64,000 nt of DNA from Eubacteriales bacterium (GTDB taxonomy: Bacteria > Bacillota > Clostridia > Oscillospirales > CAG-272): positions 644-64,643 of the forward strand of contig JAZSEA010000101.1 of NCBI GenBank assembly GCA_045531455.1, given 5' to 3'. The stretch's first letter is position 1; every line of letters begins with the position of its first letter. Below the pieces are notes generated by a model. The model saw nothing but the letters and a program-made list of their open reading frames with translations, had not been told where the DNA came from and did no database searches. A program made the translations under genes and the position numbers. Positions 47,949 to 57,134 of the stretch are shown here, in pieces.

Positions 47949-48278
47949 TTACAGTTCCTTGCCGCACTTAGCGCAGGTGCGGATCTTCTTGCCATCCTTG
48001 AGGACAGTCTTAACTCTTACGCCCTTATCACATGCGGGGCAGTAAAGAGCTACCTTGCACGCATAGATAGCGCCCTCAGTTTCAACGATGGAGCTGGTCT
48101 CACCCTGACGGCGAGCCTTTACGTGCTTGTGTACGGTGTTAACACCCTTAACGATAACCTTGTCCTCCTTGGGAGAAACTGCGATTACCTCGTGGGTAAT
48201 AACCTTGCCGTTCTTATCTTTCTTTTCCGCTGCCTTACCGGTGAGAAGTACGACAGTATCGCCAGTTTTGATATTCAT
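47949..48278 (-). CDS. rplX: 50S ribosomal protein L24 (Cys4-containing variant)
   Basis: KTGDTVVLLTGK KOW motif. C-terminal CPACDK...CAKCGK. Confidence 0.93.
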   Translation of the reverse strand: MNIKTGDTVVLLTGKAAEKKDKNGKVITHEVIAVSPKEDKVIVKGVNTVHKHVKARRQGETSSIVETEGAIYACKVALYCPACDKGVRVKTVLKDGKKIRTCAKCGKEL

Positions 48279-48297
48279 CGTTTTTGATCTCCTTACC

Positions 48298-48666
48298 TTA
48301 AAGTACTTCGGGAGCGAGCGACAGTATCTTGAGGTACTGCTTCTCTCTCAGTTCTCTTGCCACCGGGCCAAAGATACGAGTGCCACGGGGGGTCTGGTCT
48401 TCCTTGATGATGACCGCTGCGTTCTCATCGAACTTGATATATGAGCCGTCTGCTCTCTTGGTGCCGTGTGTGCTGCGTACGATAACTGCCTTTACAACGT
48501 CGCCCTTCTTGACGATTCCGCCGGGGCTTGCCTTCTTAACAGTAGCAACAACAACATCGCCGATATTCGCATATCTGCGGCCGGTGCCACCAAGAACGCG
48601 AATGCAGAGAAGCTCCTTGGCGCCGGTATTGTCGGCAACCTTCATTCTTGATTCTTGCTGTATCAC
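48298..48666 (-). CDS. rplN: 50S ribosomal protein L14
   Basis: [18 protein letters not shown]. Confidence 0.97.
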   Translation of the reverse strand: MIQQESRMKVADNTGAKELLCIRVLGGTGRRYANIGDVVVATVKKASPGGIVKKGDVVKAVIVRSTHGTKRADGSYIKFDENAAVIIKEDQTPRGTRIFGPVARELREKQYLKILSLAPEVL

Positions 48667-48728
48667 TTAAGATTCCTCCTGTTTCAATACGATATTTGAC
48701 GTATTTACTGTATGAATTTGCCGCTTGA

Positions 48729-48986
48729 TTATTTAGCCTTTTCGATTATGGTAACAACGCGCCATCTCTTAGTCTTGGAAAGAGGACGGGTCTCCATAAT
48801 GCTGACCTTATCGCCGATGCCGCACTCGTTGTTCTCGTCATGCGCGTGAACCTTGAGGGTGTGCTTAACGATCTTACCGTAGATGGGGTGCTTTACGTTG
48901 TCCGCAATAGCAACGGTAACGGTCTTGTCCATCTTGTTGCTGACAACAAGTCCGACTCTTACTTTTCTGAGGTTTCTGTCTTCCAT
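48729..48986 (-). CDS. rpsQ: 30S ribosomal protein S17
   Basis: [15 protein letters not shown]...[19 protein letters not shown]. Confidence 0.95.
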   Translation of the reverse strand: MEDRNLRKVRVGLVVSNKMDKTVTVAIADNVKHPIYGKIVKHTLKVHAHDENNECGIGDKVSIMETRPLSKTKRWRVVTIIEKAK

Positions 48987-49000
48987 TTACTTTAGCCTCC

Positions 49001-49189
49001 TTACGCGTTCTTCTCGTTCTGAACAGTCATAACGCGAGCGATGTCACGCTTGACTTCGCTGATGCGGTTGGTGTTCTCGAGCTGGTTGATGGCAAGCTGG
49101 AAGCGGAGGTTGAACAGCTCTTCCTTCAGTTCCTTGAGCTTAGCGTCGAGTTCTTCGATGCTCATTGCTCTGATCTCGCTGATCTTCAT
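49001..49189 (-). CDS. rpmC: 50S ribosomal protein L29
   Basis: 62 aa. [12 protein letters not shown] motif. Confidence 0.95.
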   Translation of the reverse strand: MKISEIRAMSIEELDAKLKELKEELFNLRFQLAINQLENTNRISEVKRDIARVMTVQNEKNA

Positions 49190-49602
49190 TCTGTTACCTC
49201 CTTAGAAACAAACTTGCACTTGATGGGGAGCTTATGCGAAGCAAGACGCATAGCTTCCTTTGCAACTTCCTCGGATACGCCGTCCATCTCGAACATGATG
49301 CGTCCGGGCTTAACGACTGCTACCCAGTACTCGGGAGATCCCTTACCGGAACCCATTCGGGTCTCAGCAGGCTTCCCGGTGATGGGCTTATCGGGGAAGA
49401 TCTTGATCCATACGTTACCGCCACGGCGGATGTAACGGGTCATTGCGATACGGGCAGCCTCGATCTGGTTGGAGGTGATCCAAGCAGGCTCAAGTGCTAC
49501 GAGACCGTAAGAGCCGTACGCCAGCTCGTTACCGCGGGAAGCCTTACCTGTAAGGCGGCCACGCTGTACGCGACGGAACTTTACTCTTTTAGGCATTAAC
49601 AT
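49186..49602 (-). CDS. rplP: 50S ribosomal protein L16
   Basis: [16 protein letters not shown]. Confidence 0.97.
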   Translation of the reverse strand: MLMPKRVKFRRVQRGRLTGKASRGNELAYGSYGLVALEPAWITSNQIEAARIAMTRYIRRGGNVWIKIFPDKPITGKPAETRMGSGKGSPEYWVAVVKPGRIMFEMDGVSEEVAKEAMRLASHKLPIKCKFVSKEVTE

Positions 49603-50465
49603 TATTTAGCGCCTCCTTCTTTAGGAGTAGTGGGGCGTGCACCCTGGGGGCGGTTGCCCTGAGGACGGTTACCCTGGGGTCTGTTGCCCTGAGGTCTGCC
49701 CTGTCCCTGACGGCGGTCGTTGTTGCGAGGACCACGTCCTTCTCTGCGCTCGCCGTTGCGACGGTCGCCGCGGCGATCGTTTCTACGATCGTTTCTTCTC
49801 TCGCGAGCTGCGCCCTCGTTGAGGACTTCGCCGTTATAGATCCATACCTTTACACCGATCTTACCATAGGTGGTGTTAGCCTCCCAGAAACCGTAGTCGA
49901 TGTCTGCACGGATGGTCTGAAGCGGAATGGTACCCTCGTGGTAGTGCTCAGAGCGTGCGATTTCCGCACCGCCGAGACGACCGCCGCAGGTGATCTTGAT
50001 TCCGCGTGCGCCGAGGCGCATGGTGTTTCTGATAGCCATCTTCATTGCACGGCGGAAAGCCACACGGCCTTCGAGCTGAGCTGCAATGTTTTCTGCTACG
50101 AGCTGTGCGTTGAGCTCAGGGTTGCGAACCTCAACAACGTTAACCGATACGGGAATTACGTTACCGTTGGCATCCTTACCTACGATAGCTTCAACTTCCT
50201 TCTTCAGCTTCTCGATGTTGTCGCCGCTGCGGCCGATAACCATACCGGGCTTAGCGCAGTGGATGAAAACTCTGACTCTGTACTGATCTCTTTCGATCTC
50301 AATCTTAGGCACGCCTGCCTTCTGAAGCTCTTCCTTGAGGAGCTTTCTGATCTTGTAGTCCTGTACAAGTGTATCTCCGAAAACCTCGTCCTTGACGCAC
50401 CATCTGGAATCCCAGCCCTTGATGACGCCAACGCGAAGGCCGTGAGGATTAACTTTCTGTCCCAT
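49602..50465 (-). CDS. rpsC: 30S ribosomal protein S3 with a ~65-aa Arg/Gly/Asn/Pro/Gln-rich C-terminal extension
   Basis: [13 protein letters not shown]. Tail is [14 protein letters not shown]...[16 protein letters not shown]. Confidence 0.96.
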   Translation of the reverse strand: MGQKVNPHGLRVGVIKGWDSRWCVKDEVFGDTLVQDYKIRKLLKEELQKAGVPKIEIERDQYRVRVFIHCAKPGMVIGRSGDNIEKLKKEVEAIVGKDANGNVIPVSVNVVEVRNPELNAQLVAENIAAQLEGRVAFRRAMKMAIRNTMRLGARGIKITCGGRLGGAEIARSEHYHEGTIPLQTIRADIDYGFWEANTTYGKIGVKVWIYNGEVLNEGAARERRNDRRNDRRGDRRNGERREGRGPRNNDRRQGQGRPQGNRPQGNRPQGNRPQGARPTTPKEGGAK

Positions 50466-50818
50466 TAGGCATTGACCTCCTTAGTTTCTCTTTCCTTAAC
50501 CGCGAGGGTTACATGAGATGTTCTCTTGAGAATTCTGTTGCCCGAACCCTTAGCGCGGGGCATATATCTCTTGAGAGTAGGACCGGGGCAGACGAAGCAC
50601 TCGGAAACGTAAAGGTTCTGGGTGTCCATCTGGAAATTGTGGTCAGCATTTGCGATTGCACTCTTGAGGAGCTTTACGAGCTCGGGAGATGCAGCCTTAG
50701 GGGTGTTCTTGAGAATTGCCATAGCAACCTTGGTATCCTTGCCGCGGATAAGATCGAGAACGACCTTTACCTTACGGGGAGAAATTCTCAAATATTTAAG
50801 ATAAGCTCTTGCTTCCAT
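50465..50818 (-). CDS. rplV: 50S ribosomal protein L22
   Basis: [17 protein letters not shown]. Confidence 0.96.
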   Translation of the reverse strand: MEARAYLKYLRISPRKVKVVLDLIRGKDTKVAMAILKNTPKAASPELVKLLKSAIANADHNFQMDTQNLYVSECFVCPGPTLKRYMPRAKGSGNRILKRTSHVTLAVKERETKEVNA

Positions 50819-50838
50819 TATTCTTTCTTCCTCCTCGA

Positions 50839-51120
50839 TTATTTACCGGTGTTGGATGTCTTGGTTCCGGCGTGGCCGGGGAAACGACGGGTGGGAGCGA
50901 ACTCACCGAGCTTGTGGCCAACCATATCCTCGATAATGTATACCGGAACATGCTTCTTGCCGTCGTGAACCGCGATGGTGTGTCCTACGAATTCGGGGAA
51001 TATTGTAGATGCACGGGACCAAGTCTTGATGACTTTCTTCTCGTTCTTTTCGTTCATAGCGCGAACTCTGCTGATGAGTTTCTCTTCAACAAAAGGCGCC
51101 TTCTTAAGACTTCTGCTCAT
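50839..51120 (-). CDS. rpsS: 30S ribosomal protein S19
   Basis: [11 protein letters not shown]...[11 protein letters not shown]. Confidence 0.97.
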   Translation of the reverse strand: MSRSLKKAPFVEEKLISRVRAMNEKNEKKVIKTWSRASTIFPEFVGHTIAVHDGKKHVPVYIIEDMVGHKLGEFAPTRRFPGHAGTKTSNTGK

Positions 51121-51134
51121 TCTATATTCCCTCC

Positions 51135-51965
51135 TTATTTAGCGTTTCTGTGCTTTACGATGAACTTCTCGGTAAGAGCCTTCTTGTTACGAGTCTTATA
51201 ACCGAGAGCAGGCTTGCCCCAAGGAGTAAGAGGACCGGGATGACCGATGGGAGAACGTCCCTCACCACCACCGTGGGGGTGATCGCAGGGGTTCATTACG
51301 GAACCGCGAACGGTAGGTCTGATGCCCTTGTGGCGGGTCTTACCAGCCTTACCAACCTTTACGGTGTCATGCTCGATGTTGCCAACCTGGCCGATTGTAG
51401 CCTTGCAGTTGAGAGCAACGATTCTGACCTCGCCGGAAGGAAGACGGATGAGAGCCTGATCATTCTCTTTCGAGATGAGCTGAGCTGCGGAACCAGCGGA
51501 ACGGACAAGCTGACCGCCCTTGCCGGGGTGAAGCTCAATGTTGTGGATGAAAGTACCGGTGGGGATGTTTGCGAGGGGCAGGGTGTTACCGGGCTTGATA
51601 TCAGCCTCTGCGCCGGAGTAAACAACGTCGCCGTCCTTAAGTCCAACGGGAGCGATGATGTAGCTCTTCTTGCCGGACTCGTTCTCGAGGAGAGCGATGT
51701 AAGCGGTACGGTTGGGGTCGTACTCGATACCGATAACCTTTGCAGCCTCAGTGTCGTTACGACGGAAGTCGATGATACGGTACTTAACCTTGTTTCCGCC
51801 GCCTCTGTGACGAACGGTGATCTTACCGTAGGAGTTACGTCCTGCGTGCTTCTTCTTGATAACTACCAGGCTCTTCTCGGGAGAAAACTTGGTGATCTCC
51901 TCGAAGGAAGCAACAGACATATGTCTTCTGGCAGGTGTCGTAGGCTTATATTTGATTGTAGGCAT
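51135..51965 (-). CDS. rplB: 50S ribosomal protein L2
   Basis: [10 protein letters not shown]...HPHGGGEGR. Confidence 0.97.
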   Translation of the reverse strand: MPTIKYKPTTPARRHMSVASFEEITKFSPEKSLVVIKKKHAGRNSYGKITVRHRGGGNKVKYRIIDFRRNDTEAAKVIGIEYDPNRTAYIALLENESGKKSYIIAPVGLKDGDVVYSGAEADIKPGNTLPLANIPTGTFIHNIELHPGKGGQLVRSAGSAAQLISKENDQALIRLPSGEVRIVALNCKATIGQVGNIEHDTVKVGKAGKTRHKGIRPTVRGSVMNPCDHPHGGGEGRSPIGHPGPLTPWGKPALGYKTRNKKALTEKFIVKHRNAK

Positions 51966-51982
51966 TATTCGTTTCCTCCTAC

Positions 51983-52279
51983 TTAGTTCATACCGTCGAA
52001 GAAGGCGATGGTCTTGGAGTCCTCAGTAAGGGTAACGATGGCCTTCTTCCACTCTGCGGTGTAGCCATAGTTGTAACGAACTCTCTTTTCCTTGCGCTTC
52101 ATCATGATGGTATTGACTGCGGCAACCTTTACACCGAACATAACCTCAACTGCGTTTGCAATCTCAGGCTTGGTTGCGGAAGTCATAACTTTGAATACAT
52201 ACTTCTTCTGATTCATCATATCCATGCTCGCCTCGGTGATAACGGGAGCGATGATGATGTCCTGTACCATTTTCTTCAT
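51983..52279 (-). CDS. rplW: 50S ribosomal protein L23
   Basis: 98 aa. Motifs [11 protein letters not shown] and KKAIVTL. Confidence 0.94.
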   Translation of the reverse strand: MKKMVQDIIIAPVITEASMDMMNQKKYVFKVMTSATKPEIANAVEVMFGVKVAAVNTIMMKRKEKRVRYNYGYTAEWKKAIVTLTEDSKTIAFFDGMN

Positions 52280-52965
52280 TATGCGTATACCTCCTCGAGC
52301 TTCAGAGCAGCAGCCTTGGTGATTACGAGCTTCTCAGCATTGAGGATCTCATAAACGTTAAGGGTGTTGCAAAGAGTGGTTTCAGCGGTGGGAATGTTGG
52401 CACAGCTCTTAACGACAACGCGGTCAACCTCGGGGAGAACGAGCAGCGTCTTGCATGCTACGGTCTCGGTGCGGGTCTTAACCTCGCCGCCTTCCTTGTA
52501 GTTCTTCTCTACGTCCTTCTGGAGACCGAGAGCGGCAAACATCTTTACCATCTCGGAGGTCTTGTAGGACTCGAGCTTGCACTCGTCAAGAATGATGAGG
52601 TTGCCGTTAGCAGCCTTATCGGAGAGTGCGCTGAAGAGAGCAACTCTCTTGGTCTTCTTGTTGAGGTCGGTGCGATAGGTGCGGGGCTTAGGTCCGAGAG
52701 CGATACCGCCGTGTACCCACTGAGGAGCACGGGTGGAACCCTGACGTGCGCGGCCTGTACCCTTCTGTCTCCAGGGCTTCTTACCGCCGCCGCTTACCTC
52801 GGTACGGGTAAGGGTGGACTGAGTACCCTGTCTCTGGTTGAGCATATAAGCTCTGACTGCGGCGTGAAGGACGGAAGCGTTAACCTCAGCTCCGAAAAGC
52901 TTCTCGGAGAGGCTCATTTCGCCGACTTCCTTGCCTGTCATATCAAGTACTTTAATGTTAGGCAT
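52279..52965 (-). CDS. rplD: 50S ribosomal protein L4
   Basis: GGGKKPWRQKGTGRARQGS. Confidence 0.96.
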   Translation of the reverse strand: MPNIKVLDMTGKEVGEMSLSEKLFGAEVNASVLHAAVRAYMLNQRQGTQSTLTRTEVSGGGKKPWRQKGTGRARQGSTRAPQWVHGGIALGPKPRTYRTDLNKKTKRVALFSALSDKAANGNLIILDECKLESYKTSEMVKMFAALGLQKDVEKNYKEGGEVKTRTETVACKTLLVLPEVDRVVVKSCANIPTAETTLCNTLNVYEILNAEKLVITKAAALKLEEVYA

Positions 52966-52986
52966 TTGTCATTCCTCCTTGTTTCG

Positions 52987-53616
52987 TCACGCCTTGATCG
53001 AGTCGCGGATGAATACGATACCGCCCTTAGCGCCGGGAATAGCGCCGCGAACTGCGATAAGGTTGTTCTCTGCGTCGATCTTAGCAACGGCAAGATTAAG
53101 AATGGTAACCTGTTCGTTACCGTACTGACCTGCCATCTTCTTGTTCTTGAAAATTCTCGCAGGGTCGATAACACCCATAGAACCGGACTGACGATGCACA
53201 GGGCCAACGCCGTGTGTCATTCTCAGCTTAGCGAGGTTCCAACGCTTGATAGCACCGGTGTAACCGTGGCCCTTGGTCATACCTGTTACGTCGACCTTCT
53301 CGCCAACGGCGAAGGTTTCGACCGATACGACATCACCTACGTTGTAGCCGGAGCAATCCTCGAGGCGGAACTCCTTGAGATGCTTCTTGGTGGTAAGTCC
53401 GTTCTTTGCGAAATGTCCGATCTCAGCCTTGGTTGCGTGCTTATCCTTGCAATCCTCAAAGCCAAGCTGTACGGCATTGTAGCCGTCCTGTTCAGCGGTC
53501 TTCTTCTGCGATACTACGCAGGGACCTGCCTGGATTATCGTTACCGGGATGACGTTTCCGACTTCGTCGAAAATCTGAGTCATACCGATCTTCTTACCGA
53601 TAATTCCCTTTTTCAT
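52987..53616 (-). CDS. rplC: 50S ribosomal protein L3
   Basis: MKKGIIGKKIGMTQIF. Confidence 0.97.
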   Translation of the reverse strand: MKKGIIGKKIGMTQIFDEVGNVIPVTIIQAGPCVVSQKKTAEQDGYNAVQLGFEDCKDKHATKAEIGHFAKNGLTTKKHLKEFRLEDCSGYNVGDVVSVETFAVGEKVDVTGMTKGHGYTGAIKRWNLAKLRMTHGVGPVHRQSGSMGVIDPARIFKNKKMAGQYGNEQVTILNLAVAKIDAENNLIAVRGAIPGAKGGIVFIRDSIKA

Positions 53617-53731
53617 GTTTTTTCCTCCTGAAGGTTATTGGTTGACGCTGTGAATTTTACCTCTCGGTATTACGCCAACTTGACCGACAAGCGCTCACTC
53701 GGAGCGTTGTGTGGGTGGGGGGCAGGGTTGA

Positions 53732-54043
53732 TTAGAGGGTAACCTGAATATCAACGCCTGCGGGGAGCTCAATGTTCATCAGTTCTTCGGTGAGTTTCTT
53801 CGAAGGCTTCTTGATGTCAATGAGTCTCTTGTGGTTGCGAAGCTCAAACTGCTCACGGCTGTCCTTGTACTTGTGGACCGCGCGGAGAATGGTTACGATT
53901 TCCTTCTCGGTGGGAAGCGGAATGGGACCCGAAACCTCGGCGCCGTTGCGCTTAGCAACTTCGACGATCTTTGCGGCTGCCGCGTCAACGAGGGTGTGAT
54001 CGTAGCTCTTCAGCTTGACTCTGAGCTGTTCCTTAACTGCCAT
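53732..54043 (-). CDS. rpsJ: 30S ribosomal protein S10
   Basis: 103 aa from [16 protein letters not shown], 8 nt after AAGGAGG. The 158-aa ORF in the track is an in-frame upstream extension with no RBS. Confidence 0.95.
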   Translation of the reverse strand: MAVKEQLRVKLKSYDHTLVDAAAAKIVEVAKRNGAEVSGPIPLPTEKEIVTILRAVHKYKDSREQFELRNHKRLIDIKKPSKKLTEELMNIELPAGVDIQVTL

Positions 54044-54398
54044 TGTGTTTTCCTCCTTGTTTTTTCTCTCGCGTGCGTGCGAATATAATAAAATGTAGCC
54101 ATTTGCGCAGCGCTGAGAAAAGTTAGGAGCGGATTTTGTTATGCACCGTTCCGTGCGTTTCGTTTTGCAGCCATACAAAAGCCGAAACCCGCCACTCGCC
54201 GCCGTCACGCAAGCACGGCGCGACGCGAATTCCGGATCGTACGGCTACAAAGCCGTCGTCACGAAGCAACCTTTGAACAGAGGCTGCCCGATGCCTGACA
54301 TAGCCCACGCGCCCGATCTAATTCGGACTTCTCCACGAAAATTACCCGCATGTTCTTGCGGCAACCTTTCGCTTCAACGCATACTTCGCACATCAAGC
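54044..54398 (-). promoter_or_regulatory. long (~355 nt) GC-rich 5' leader of the S10 operon
   Basis: Region between the predicted transcription start (about 7 nt below the -10 at 54405-54410) and the rpsJ ATG. No convincing ORF. Several local hairpins, e.g. ACGGCTttgtAGCCGT and GTTTCGgcTTTTG...CAAAACGAAAC. Confidence 0.5.
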
Positions 54399-54404
54399 TT
54401 CAAT

Positions 54405-54433
54405 ATTATATCATATATTTCCTCGGTTTGCAA
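54405..54433 (-). promoter_or_regulatory. sigma-A type promoter of the S10 operon
   Basis: Minus strand: TTGCAA, 17 nt, TGaTATAAT (extended -10 with a consensus hexamer). Confidence 0.65.
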
Positions 54434-54529
54434 TAAACAATATAATAAAATATTTACCAAAGTTTATACAGCATTTTTGTGCATATTTCACAAATATCCT
54501 TGATTTTAGTTCAAAACTGCACAAATTTA

Positions 54530-54563
54530 CCGCCTCCGATTCGTTTTTCGGAGGCGGATTTTT
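54530..54563. terminator. intrinsic terminator hairpin after the HTH regulator gene (U-tract better on the plus strand)
   Basis: CCGCCTCCG, 10-nt loop, CGGAGGCGG. Plus strand continues ATTTTT; minus strand continues TAAATTTGT. Confidence 0.55.
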
Positions 54564-54607
54564 GGTTCTTTTGCCCAAAATACGATATCAGCGAGGCGTT
54601 TTGTCGA

Positions 54608-55195
54608 TCAATCCCCGCCATTTTCGTCAATTTGCGCATTTTCCTCGGGGTTCTCACCGTTTGCCGCTCTCAATCTATCAAGTGACTTGCAAAAATCAAG
54701 TCTCAGCCATTCGGGCTCGAGGATACGTATCTCCGCGTCCGAAGCAATAAGCGCACCAAAGAAAACGCGGATGTTCTGGAATTCGCATATGTACTTACCT
54801 TTACTGCCAACTCGTCTTGTAACGAAGGGAGCAAGCTCAAGAGCAACGAGCTTATCGGGGATCTGAAGCAGAGCCGAATAGGGGATCGAGATCTGCGTTG
54901 ATTCATCCGATCCTCCGAGCATATCGGCAAGAGCAACGATGTTCGAGATATCGCGCGGGTCCTCGACTCTGATAGAATCGGGGAGCGAAAAGGGCTCGGT
55001 ATAGTAGTATCCCTGTCTCGAGCGGTCAAACGCGATAGGCGCGCCGATCTTTCGCTTGAGATAATCGCAGTCACGCTGTGCCTGACGGTGGGAGATGCCA
55101 AATCTCTCGGACAGACGCATAGCGTTCGGATAGTACTCATCCTTTATTCTTTTATGAAGCCATATAATTCTTTCAACAGCAAAATCTACCGACAT
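54608..55195 (-). CDS. short YafY/WYL-family-like HTH transcriptional regulator
   Basis: 195 aa. N-terminal HTH resembling the HTH_11/YafY type (YPNAMRLSERFGISHRQAQRDCDYLK...GAPIAFDRSRQGYYY). C-terminal ...AEIRILEPEWLR resembles the WCX end of WYL regulators. Too short for a full WYL architecture. Confidence 0.55.
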   Translation of the reverse strand: MSVDFAVERIIWLHKRIKDEYYPNAMRLSERFGISHRQAQRDCDYLKRKIGAPIAFDRSRQGYYYTEPFSLPDSIRVEDPRDISNIVALADMLGGSDESTQISIPYSALLQIPDKLVALELAPFVTRRVGSKGKYICEFQNIRVFFGALIASDAEIRILEPEWLRLDFCKSLDRLRAANGENPEENAQIDENGGD

Positions 55196-55264
55196 ACGTC
55201 CGCTCCTCTCATTTCTCGCCTACTGAGAAAATGATGAATTTTGTTATATATAATAAGGAAGGAA

Positions 55265-56215
55265 TTATTCTTCGCTCTTCTCTTCTTCGACAGTCTCTTC
55301 GGCTTCGGGTTCCGGATCGGTCTCAACCTTTACACATCTTACGAACGCGTTGGTCCTTGCGAGAATGTAGAAGCTCATTACGAGGCAGAAGAAAGCCTCT
55401 ACGCAGAAATCACCCTTTGAAAGCTTCCCCGAGAAAAATCCGACGATCTCGGATACTCCGCCGACGAACGCAAGGAAGAAGGCAAGGCATCCGCTGATAA
55501 AGAATCTGCGAGGACGTGCGTGTTCATCCGATACGTAAAATCTTTCCTCGCAAAGGAAGTAGAACATAACTGCAATAAGCGCGAACTGAAGCACAAGCTT
55601 CGAGGGATGGTTCATCTGAACTTTCATATCAAAATAGATCTCGGCAACACCGACGAGCGCACGGATTATCGGGAAGAATCCGAGGATAGCGGAAAGCTTC
55701 GCCTTCGGCACCTTGGAGGAACGAACGAAGAAGCACGCCGCAGTAAGGACCGACGCAAGTACGCCCGCGATCTCAATGATGGCGGTAGCTCGGATCATAT
55801 AGGAATTCTCCGCTTTGAATGCAGGGTTGAAAATAAACTTGTAGTAAGTGAACTTATCTTCGCCGATCAGAGTATAAACCTTGTAGGCAAAGTCTGCAAG
55901 CATTACGAATCCAGCAAAGCAAGCAGAAAAGAAGATCGAATTCGCGCTGTTGTCAATCTTCGCCGAAAGCTTTGCTTCCTTTGATATAAATATAAAGCCC
56001 GCAAGGAAGAAGATCGAGCATACCACGAGCATCGAGCTAACCGTATCGCTGAAAAAGCCATCGTTGAAATATCCGATCTCGGCATCAAACGAAGTGAAGA
56101 ATGCAATAGATCGCAGCAATGCGGCAAGCGGCGCAAAGGTCAGCGCGATCATAAAGAAGAGATCAATATTTTTCAAAGCCGACTCTTTATCGCGGCTCAA
56201 AAGCGTAAAAGACAT
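55265..56215 (-). CDS. polytopic membrane protein, function unknown, with an acidic C-terminal tail
   Basis: 316 aa, about 8 hydrophobic segments, tail ETDPEPEAEETVEEEKSEE. No family recognised. Confidence 0.55.
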   Translation of the reverse strand: MSFTLLSRDKESALKNIDLFFMIALTFAPLAALLRSIAFFTSFDAEIGYFNDGFFSDTVSSMLVVCSIFFLAGFIFISKEAKLSAKIDNSANSIFFSACFAGFVMLADFAYKVYTLIGEDKFTYYKFIFNPAFKAENSYMIRATAIIEIAGVLASVLTAACFFVRSSKVPKAKLSAILGFFPIIRALVGVAEIYFDMKVQMNHPSKLVLQFALIAVMFYFLCEERFYVSDEHARPRRFFISGCLAFFLAFVGGVSEIVGFFSGKLSKGDFCVEAFFCLVMSFYILARTNAFVRCVKVETDPEPEAEETVEEEKSEE

Positions 56216-56366
56216 TTCATTACCTTTCTATAATATATATTCATTTTATTATACACCCGAAATGTGAACCTGATGTAAACAACGGCATCTTCATTCCCAT
56301 AATTAAAGGAAAATATTACGAAACAAAAATATTTTTTAAAAAACAAAAATTTTTTTCAAAAACCTA

Positions 56367-56395
56367 TTGACAAATAGATCGGAATATGGTATAAT
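56367..56395 (+). promoter_or_regulatory. sigma-A type promoter of rplJ-rplL
   Basis: TTGACA, 17 nt, TGgTATAAT, both consensus. An A/T-rich UP-like tract lies upstream. Confidence 0.7.
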
Positions 56396-56401
56396 CTATG
56401 C

Positions 56402-56558
56402 CGTTATCCAAAGACAGCAGGTTCCCGTAAAAGCGAATGCCATCCTGCCGAGGAAGATTAATCAGTTTAATACTTGATCTATGTCTTTCTTTCGGTGCGC
56501 GTCGCTCTCGGGAGAAGGATATTTTTTTACGAACACAAACCATTAGGAGGTTAAACAC
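56402..56558 (+). promoter_or_regulatory. ribosomal protein L10 leader (autoregulatory attenuator type)
   Basis: A ~157-nt 5' UTR ending in a stem (CTTTCT...AGAAGG) followed by ATATTTTTTT (56519-56528), just before the RBS AGGAGG. Position and layout match the Firmicute L10 leader. No covariance model was run. Confidence 0.55.
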
Positions 56559-57089
56559 ATGCCCAGCAAAGCTATACTTGAGCAGAAGCAGCAGGTTGTC
56601 TCCGAGCTTTCCGAGAAGATTCGCAACTCGGTTTCCGGCGTAGTTGTTAACTACCAGGGAATCACCGTTGAGGATGATACCAAGCTCCGTAAGGAACTCC
56701 GCGAAGCAGGCGTTTCTTACCAGGTAGTAAAGAACACCCTCACCGGCAGAGCATGCGAAGAGTGCGGCTACGGTGAAATCAAGCAGTATCTCTCCGGTAT
56801 GACCGCTATCGCAGTCAGCCCCGAAGATGCAGTAGCTCCCGCTAAGATCCTCAAGCAGTATGCTGACAAGATCGAGTCCTTCACTCTTCTGGCAGGTTAT
56901 TGTGACGGCGAAGTTATCGACGCCGCTGCAGTTGAAAGACTTGCTTCCATTCCTTCGAAGGAAACTCTCATTGCACAGTTGCTCGCTTGCATCCAGTCTC
57001 CCCTTACCAAATTCGTCTATGTTCTTGACCAGGTTGCCAAGAAGGACGAGCAGCCCGCTGAGGCTGCAGAAGCTCCCGCAGAGGCGTAA
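56559..57089 (+). CDS. rplJ: 50S ribosomal protein L10
   Basis: 176 aa. Motifs KQQVVSELSEKI and VVNYQGITVE. Followed by rplL. Confidence 0.95.
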   Translation: MPSKAILEQKQQVVSELSEKIRNSVSGVVVNYQGITVEDDTKLRKELREAGVSYQVVKNTLTGRACEECGYGEIKQYLSGMTAIAVSPEDAVAPAKILKQYADKIESFTLLAGYCDGEVIDAAAVERLASIPSKETLIAQLLACIQSPLTKFVYVLDQVAKKDEQPAEAAEAPAEA

Positions 57090-57134
57090 AGCTCTCGCGG
57101 CATAACATTTAAATATTCCAGGAGGTCATTTAAA

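Noticed and set aside
47949-48278. L24 with CPACDK...CAKCGK, a possible novel zinc-ribbon ribosomal protein.
   Set aside because: Cys4-containing L24 variants occur in other bacteria. As I recall, Thermus L24 has the same CPACG...CAKCG arrangement. This is lineage variation, not a new feature.
53732-54208. 158-aa version of the S10 ORF with a 55-aa N-terminal extension.
   Set aside because: The extension has no RBS and no similarity to S10. The internal ATG at 54043 follows AAGGAGG and gives the canonical 103-aa protein. The upstream part is interpreted as leader RNA.
54322-54350. On the minus strand, CGGGTAATTTTCGTGGAGAAGTCCGAA resembles the 5' region and CR-I box (GAGGAAAGUCC) of RNase P RNA. 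The region is also about 350 nt, similar to RNase P RNA.
   Set aside because: I could not find the other universally conserved RNase P blocks (GGUAAGAGC-type CR-II, ACA.AA...GGCUUA CR-V). The location directly between a promoter and rpsJ fits a leader better. A covariance-model scan would settle it.
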